64,000 nucleotides of DNA from Planctomycetota bacterium. Its GTDB lineage: Bacteria > Planctomycetota > B15-G4. Shown one piece after another: positions 59,020 through 64,000 of the stretch (positions within the stretch are counted from its first letter, which is position 1; every line of letters begins with the position of its first letter). Made by a program: the position numbers and the translations under genes. Under the pieces are notes generated by a model that saw only the letters and a list, made by a program, of their open reading frames with translations, had not been told where the DNA came from and made no database searches. The stretch covers positions 576,001 to 640,000 of the forward strand of contig CBDFJQ010000002.1 of NCBI GenBank assembly GCA_965248575.1, read 5' to 3'.

Positions 59020-59515
59020 CGCAGCCTCCCAACCCTCTGGAGTGCAACGTCGACCGGCTCGAACGCATGTGCAAAGCGCTTCCCCGGATGCTGCATGCAC
59101 GCTTTCGGAGGGGCGGGCAGTGCCAGGGTCTCGCCGCGAACTCAGGGGATGAGACAGCGGATTGGACGGACATTCGACCGACCCCACCAAGGAGGGGAGC
59201 ATACCCCTGCCTGTGCCACATTGGACCGAAAAGACAACGATCTCGTCAGAAACGGAGGCCAGCTTCGTGAGAGATGCTCTGGGATGGATCTGGACACATG
59301 CATTCATTGCGTGTAAGTAGAGTCACGAACATCCCCTGAGGATCTGGGGCTGGACGCCACTCGCCGTCATTCCCCCCAGAGCGACGGCGGTTGGCGGGTC
59401 ACGATCTCCCCCTCTTCCCCCTTTTGTGGTCCGCTGGCGCCGCCTCGGATTCTCAGGCTTTTCCCGGTTCCCGCGGCCACGCTGCGCGGCACTTGAGAAT
59501 TCCGGCCTTCCATCG

Positions 59516-59551
59516 CCCCGGTTGATCCCCGGTTGATCCCCGGTTGATCCC
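59516..59551. repeat. 11-bp tandem repeat CCCCGGTTGAT x3 plus a partial unit
   Basis: Read directly from the sequence; lies just downstream of the redoxin stop codon. Confidence 0.9.
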
Positions 59552-59567
59552 TGAGCGATCCTCGGCC

Positions 59568-60719
59568 TCAGCCGTCGCTGCTCCCCAACTTCTCCCGGGA
59601 CTCCTGCAGATCGAGAACCGCTTGGTACTCCGCCAGGGTGCTCTCGTACTGAGTGAGAACGGGCAGCTTGTTGACCAACTCCTCGTCAGCTTGTGTCAGG
59701 GCGATGGCCTTGGACTGGAGGGCGATGGCCGCAGGGATGTCGCCCTGCTGGAAATGGCTACGAGCCAGGGTGTCCTGGATGCTCGCGTTCTTGTGTTGGG
59801 TCAGGGCGTCAGCTCTTTGGGCCGCGACCAACGCCAACTCCACGTCGCGCATGCCGTCGGGGATCCCGCTGTTTGGCGCGACGATGCGCCACGCGAAGAG
59901 TTCGAGCTGTTGGGCATTGTCCTTTAACTCGTTGCTGATGAGCCGGCGCCCCAACTGTTCGGCGCGCCGACCGCTGTCATCAATGCGCAAGAGCGCCAGG
60001 TAGCTGAGGGAATGCATGTCGATGAAGCGCACATGCAGCGCGGCAAGCGCTTGGGCGTGCTCCAGGACGGCGGGCCAGTTACCTTCATTGAGTGCCTCGC
60101 TCAGGGCCATGTCCAGGGGCCGCGCACGATGCAAGGCAGCCTGCCAGGCGGCGGCCTGTTCCCTGGCCGCAGTCACGTCGTAGGTTCCCGCGAGGACCTG
60201 CTCCACGACGCCCTTCATCTCTACGTGGTCCGACAGCGGGTTGCCGATCCAGGCGAGATGGCCGCTGCCATCGACGATCATGGCCGTGGGGATGCCATCT
60301 TGCCCGGCGGCCTGCATGTAGGCAGTTGCGGTCTGCCCATCGAGGTCGGAGGCGAGGGTGTAGCTCATGGCATCACCCTGCTCCTCCACGAAGGCTCGCG
60401 TGGGCTTCATGGAGGGGTTGGGCCAGATGGCTACACCGATCACGGTCAGGCCGTCTTCGGCATGGGATGTGGCCAGCTCGTTGACGTGCGGAATGCTCTG
60501 CACGCAAGGGCCGCACCAGGTGGCCCAGAAGTCCAGCACGTAGGTGTGTCCCTCCTGGTAGCTGGGAACGGCGTCGCCTCTGAGCCACTCCACATGAGTC
60601 AGGTTGGGTGCCTTGTCGCCGACGCGCAGGCTGATCTCGCCCTGGGCTCTGAGGGGGACGACACACAGCATCAGGAGCGCGAGGGTGCGGGCGGCGCCCC
60701 AGGGGGAGTGTGTGATCAT
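59568..60719 (-). CDS. Exported TlpA/redoxin-domain thiol-disulfide oxidoreductase with helical C-terminus
   Basis: Signal peptide; VGDKAP, DFWATWCGPC, GIPTAMIVD; TPR-like DTLAR...AIALQSKAI. Confidence 0.88.
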   Translation of the reverse strand: MITHSPWGAARTLALLMLCVVPLRAQGEISLRVGDKAPNLTHVEWLRGDAVPSYQEGHTYVLDFWATWCGPCVQSIPHVNELATSHAEDGLTVIGVAIWPNPSMKPTRAFVEEQGDAMSYTLASDLDGQTATAYMQAAGQDGIPTAMIVDGSGHLAWIGNPLSDHVEMKGVVEQVLAGTYDVTAAREQAAAWQAALHRARPLDMALSEALNEGNWPAVLEHAQALAALHVRFIDMHSLSYLALLRIDDSGRRAEQLGRRLISNELKDNAQQLELFAWRIVAPNSGIPDGMRDVELALVAAQRADALTQHKNASIQDTLARSHFQQGDIPAAIALQSKAIALTQADEELVNKLPVLTQYESTLAEYQAVLDLQESREKLGSSDG

Positions 60720-60887
60720 GAGGATTCCTGGAAGCGTGGGCTGTGGGGGGGCGGATGGGAGGCGCGCTGAACTGGGCTGGACCCATCGCCGAGGGTGTGA
60801 GCAGATGTGTGCAGTGGACACCGGGATTGCAGGCATTTCCAGAGGTGTTCGTAGCACGCTGGATCGGGTCACGGCACACTGGCGGCC

Positions 60888-63800
60888 ATGCCTTCCCCGC
60901 CGCCGCCCTCCGCTTCGATTGGCTTGGACGCCGGGGAGGCGACGGAGGCAGCCCACGCAGCTCTTGGCCTCTTCCATCCGACCCTGGCAACGTGGTTCCA
61001 GGAGCGCATCGGGCAGCCCACGAGCCCGCAGATCGAGGGCTGGCCCGCCATTGCAGCTGGGCAGCACACCCTGATCGCTGCACCGACCGGGACCGGCAAG
61101 ACCTTGGCCGCCTTCCTCTGGGCGCTGAACGGGTTGCTGCGACAAGGCAACTCCCTGCCTGACGCCACCCAGGTGCTCTACATCTCACCCCTGCGCGCGC
61201 TGAGCAACGACGTGCAGAAGAACCTCTCCGGGCCGCTGGCCGAGCTGGCTGAACGCGACCCAGAGTTGCCCGAGGTGCGCGTGGCGGTGCGCTCGGGCGA
61301 CACGACATCATCGGAGCGTGCCTCGATGGTGCGCAAGGCGCCGCACGTGCTCGTGACGACGCCCGAGTCCATGTACATCCTGCTCACGTCGGACAGTGGC
61401 CGACGCATGCTGTCACAGGTGCGCACGGTTATCGTGGACGAGATCCACGCCATGGCGCGGGACAAGCGCGGGAGCCACCTCGCCCTGTCCCTGGAGCGGC
61501 TCGAGGTCCTGACAGGGGGCGTGCAACGCATCGGCCTGTCGGCGACGCAGAAACCCGTGGAGGTGGTCGCACAGCTGCTGACGGGGACGCGGCGGGAGTG
61601 CACCATCGTGGACACCGGCCACTTGCGTGACATCGATCTGGCCGTCGAGATCCCCCAGTCACCTTTGGGTGCTGTCTGCAGCCACGAGCATTGGGGAGAG
61701 ATCTACCAGCGCATGGCACAGCTGGCGGCCGAACACAGCACGACGCTGGTGTTCGTGAACACACGCAAGCTAGCTGAGCGCCTTGCTGCGCGGCTCACGG
61801 ACGCCGTGGGGGAGGGGCTTGTGGCTTGCCACCATGGGAGCCTGAGCAAGGAGCTCCGGCTGCAGGCTGAAGAGCGCTTGAAGTCTGGGGAACTGCGAGT
61901 GTTGGTGGCCACTGCCTCGCTGGAGCTGGGGATCGACATCGGGGATATTGACCTCGCTGTCCAAGTGGGGTCGGCCCGCTCCATCGCGACACTGCTGCAA
62001 CGAGTGGGTCGGGCCGGTCACGGTGTTCATCGGGTCCCCAAGGGACGGCTCTTTCCGCTGACCATGGACGAGCTGGCGGAAGCCGCCGCGCTCCTGGCGT
62101 CGATCCGCCAAGGGCAACTGGACCGCACGCCGACGCCCCCCCCCGCGCTGGACATCCTCGTTCAACAGGTCGTCGCTGCCTGCGTGGCCGAACCCCAGGA
62201 CAAGGACGCGTTGTTCGCCTCCCTCTCCCGCGCCCATCCCTACCGCACGTTGAGTCGTGAGGACTTCGACGCCGTCATCGCGCTCCACACCAGCGGGCGT
62301 TGGGCCATGCTGCACGAAGACGGTGTGGGGGGGCGCCTGATGGCGACCAAGCGTGCGCGTCTCCCCGCCCTCACGTCGGGCGGCTCCATCCCCGACAACG
62401 CTGACTACCAGGTGCGCCTGGAGCCCGAAGGTCTGCTGGTGGGGACGCTGAACGAGGACTTCGCGGTCGAGGCCAACGTCGGTGACATCTTTCAGCTCGG
62501 CAACACGAGTTGGCGGATCCTGCGGGTGGAGTCGGGTGTCGTCCGGGTGGCCGATGCTGCGGGCGAACCCCCGACCCTCCCTTTCTGGTTGGGAGAGGCG
62601 CCGTCCCGCACCATCGAGCTGAGCCAGGAAATCGGTCGGCAGCGTGAGCGGGCTGACGGCCCCGAGTGGTTTGAGCGCGAGACAGGACTCGGTCGCGACG
62701 CCGCAGAACAGTTGTTCACCTACCTGGCAGACGGGCGCAAGGCGCTCGGCGCGGTTCCCAGCCAGACCTGCGTAATTGCCGAGCGGTTCTTCGACGAGAC
62801 GGGCGGTATGCAGTTGGTGATCCACTCGCCCTTCGGCGGGCGCATCAACCGCGCGTGGGGTCTCGCCCTGCGCAAGAAGTTCTGTCGCGGTTTCGGCTTC
62901 GAGCTGCAGGCTGCAGCGAGCGAGGAAGCCATCCTCATTTCCCTGGGCCCGCACCACAGCTTTCCACTTCAGGACGTGTTCAAATTCCTGCACAGCAATT
63001 CGGCTCGGGACACGTTGACCCAGGCGTTGCTCGCGGCACCGATGTTTACCACGCGCTGGCGCTGGAACCTGACGCGTTCGTTGCTCCTGCCGCGCACGAA
63101 GGCCGGGCGCAAGGTGCCCCCGGCGCTGATGCGCATGCGGGCCGACGACATGCTCGTGCAGGCATTCCCCCAGGCGATGGCATGCGGCGAAACGCTCCCT
63201 GCGGGCGACCTACCGGTGCCGATGGACCAACCCATGGTCAGGCAGACGGTGGAGGACTGCTTGGTCGAGGCCATGGACATCGAGGGCCTGCTGGGCTTGC
63301 TGAGCGGCATCCAGGACGGGCGCATCGCCACCCACGCCGTGGATGTTCCGGAGCCCTCGAGCTTCGCCGAAGGGATCCTGCACGCCCAGCCCTACGCCTT
63401 CCTGGATGACGCCCCCTTGGAGGAGCGACGCACCCAGGCGGTGCGGACCCGGCGTGGTTTGTCCGCCAAGGAAGCCGATGGCCTGGGCGCCCTCGACCCA
63501 GCCGCGGTGGAGCGGGTGCGCGAGGAGGCGTGGCCCCGGGCAAGCAGTCTCGAGGAGGTTCATGAAGCCTTGCTGTGGATGGGCTACGTGACCGAGACCG
63601 AGGTTCCGGAGTGGTCGGAGTGGCTCGGCAAGCTGGCGCGGGATGGCCGCATCGTGCAGGAGAAGCACCAAGACGAGGTGCGATGGTTCGCTGCCGAAGC
63701 TCCCAGGGATGCCGAGTCCGTGCTGGCTGGTCGGTTGGAGGCCTTGGGGCCGGTGGAGAGCGACGACCCTCTGATGCTGGCCCTCGAGGCCAAGGGCCTG

Positions 63801-64000
63801 GTGCTGCGCACGCGCATCGACGGTCGCGACGCCTGGTGCAACCGTCGCCTTCTGGCGCGCATCCATCGCTACACCCTGGACACGCTGCGCAAGCAGATCC
63901 AGCCCGTCAGCGCGGCCGATTTTCTGCGTTTTCTCGTTGCCTGGCAGCATGTCGACCAGGGCCATCAGCTGGAGGGTCCGCGGGGCGTGCTGGAGGTGGT
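60888..64000 (+). CDS. lhr: Lhr family DEAD/DEAH-box helicase (partial, runs off the window)
   Basis: Not in the ORF track; manual translation gives FHPTLATWF, APTGTGKT, ISPLRALSND, VDEIHA, IGLSATQ, HHGSLSKE, LELGIDIG, QRVGRAGH, SGGSIPD. Confidence 0.93.
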   Translation, partial: MPSPPPPSASIGLDAGEATEAAHAALGLFHPTLATWFQERIGQPTSPQIEGWPAIAAGQHTLIAAPTGTGKTLAAFLWALNGLLRQGNSLPDATQVLYISPLRALSNDVQKNLSGPLAELAERDPELPEVRVAVRSGDTTSSERASMVRKAPHVLVTTPESMYILLTSDSGRRMLSQVRTVIVDEIHAMARDKRGSHLALSLERLEVLTGGVQRIGLSATQKPVEVVAQLLTGTRRECTIVDTGHLRDIDLAVEIPQSPLGAVCSHEHWGEIYQRMAQLAAEHSTTLVFVNTRKLAERLAARLTDAVGEGLVACHHGSLSKELRLQAEERLKSGELRVLVATASLELGIDIGDIDLAVQVGSARSIATLLQRVGRAGHGVHRVPKGRLFPLTMDELAEAAALLASIRQGQLDRTPTPPPALDILVQQVVAACVAEPQDKDALFASLSRAHPYRTLSREDFDAVIALHTSGRWAMLHEDGVGGRLMATKRARLPALTSGGSIPDNADYQVRLEPEGLLVGTLNEDFAVEANVGDIFQLGNTSWRILRVESGVVRVADAAGEPPTLPFWLGEAPSRTIELSQEIGRQRERADGPEWFERETGLGRDAAEQLFTYLADGRKALGAVPSQTCVIAERFFDETGGMQLVIHSPFGGRINRAWGLALRKKFCRGFGFELQAAASEEAILISLGPHHSFPLQDVFKFLHSNSARDTLTQALLAAPMFTTRWRWNLTRSLLLPRTKAGRKVPPALMRMRADDMLVQAFPQAMACGETLPAGDLPVPMDQPMVRQTVEDCLVEAMDIEGLLGLLSGIQDGRIATHAVDVPEPSSFAEGILHAQPYAFLDDAPLEERRTQAVRTRRGLSAKEADGLGALDPAAVERVREEAWPRASSLEEVHEALLWMGYVTETEVPEWSEWLGKLARDGRIVQEKHQDEVRWFAAEAPRDAESVLAGRLEALGPVESDDPLMLALEAKGLVLRTRIDGRDAWCNRRLLARIHRYTLDTLRKQIQPVSAADFLRFLVAWQHVDQGHQLEGPRGVLEV

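Overview
GC-rich, gene-dense bacterial chromosomal window. The gene content (several sulfatase-family lipoproteins, CRTAC1/ASPIC-UnbV, FG-GAP, SGNH-TPR, choice-of-anchor B-like and prenyltransferase-repeat proteins) suggests a member of the Planctomycetota; this is inference. It holds about 44 CDS and three tRNAs (Leu-TAG, Lys-CTT, His-GTG). Main blocks: (1) three sulfatase-like proteins with Thr at the nucleophile position, plus an SGNH-TPR protein; (2) aconitase and an M16 peptidase; (3) a YtkA-like / di-haem peroxidase / His-rich LVIVD propeller trio; (4) an acyl-CoA (possibly aromatic-CoA) catabolic run interrupted by TPR and CRTAC1 genes; (5) a PsrA-like TetR with an RND efflux operon, preceded by an 11-bp tandem array and palindromic operators; (6) an FG-GAP / SGNH-TPR / EEP / cardiolipin synthase operon divergent from a dynamin-like GTPase; (7) an orphan response regulator, a TlpA-like redoxin and an Lhr helicase that runs off the window. 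I found no integrase, transposase or CRISPR array. The best leads are the possible metal/cofactor-maturation trio at 14.9-18.8 kb, the related 11-bp arrays at 43.4 and 59.5 kb, the dynamin-cardiolipin locus and the Thr-type 'sulfatases'. All functional calls come from motif recognition by eye; no database searches were run.
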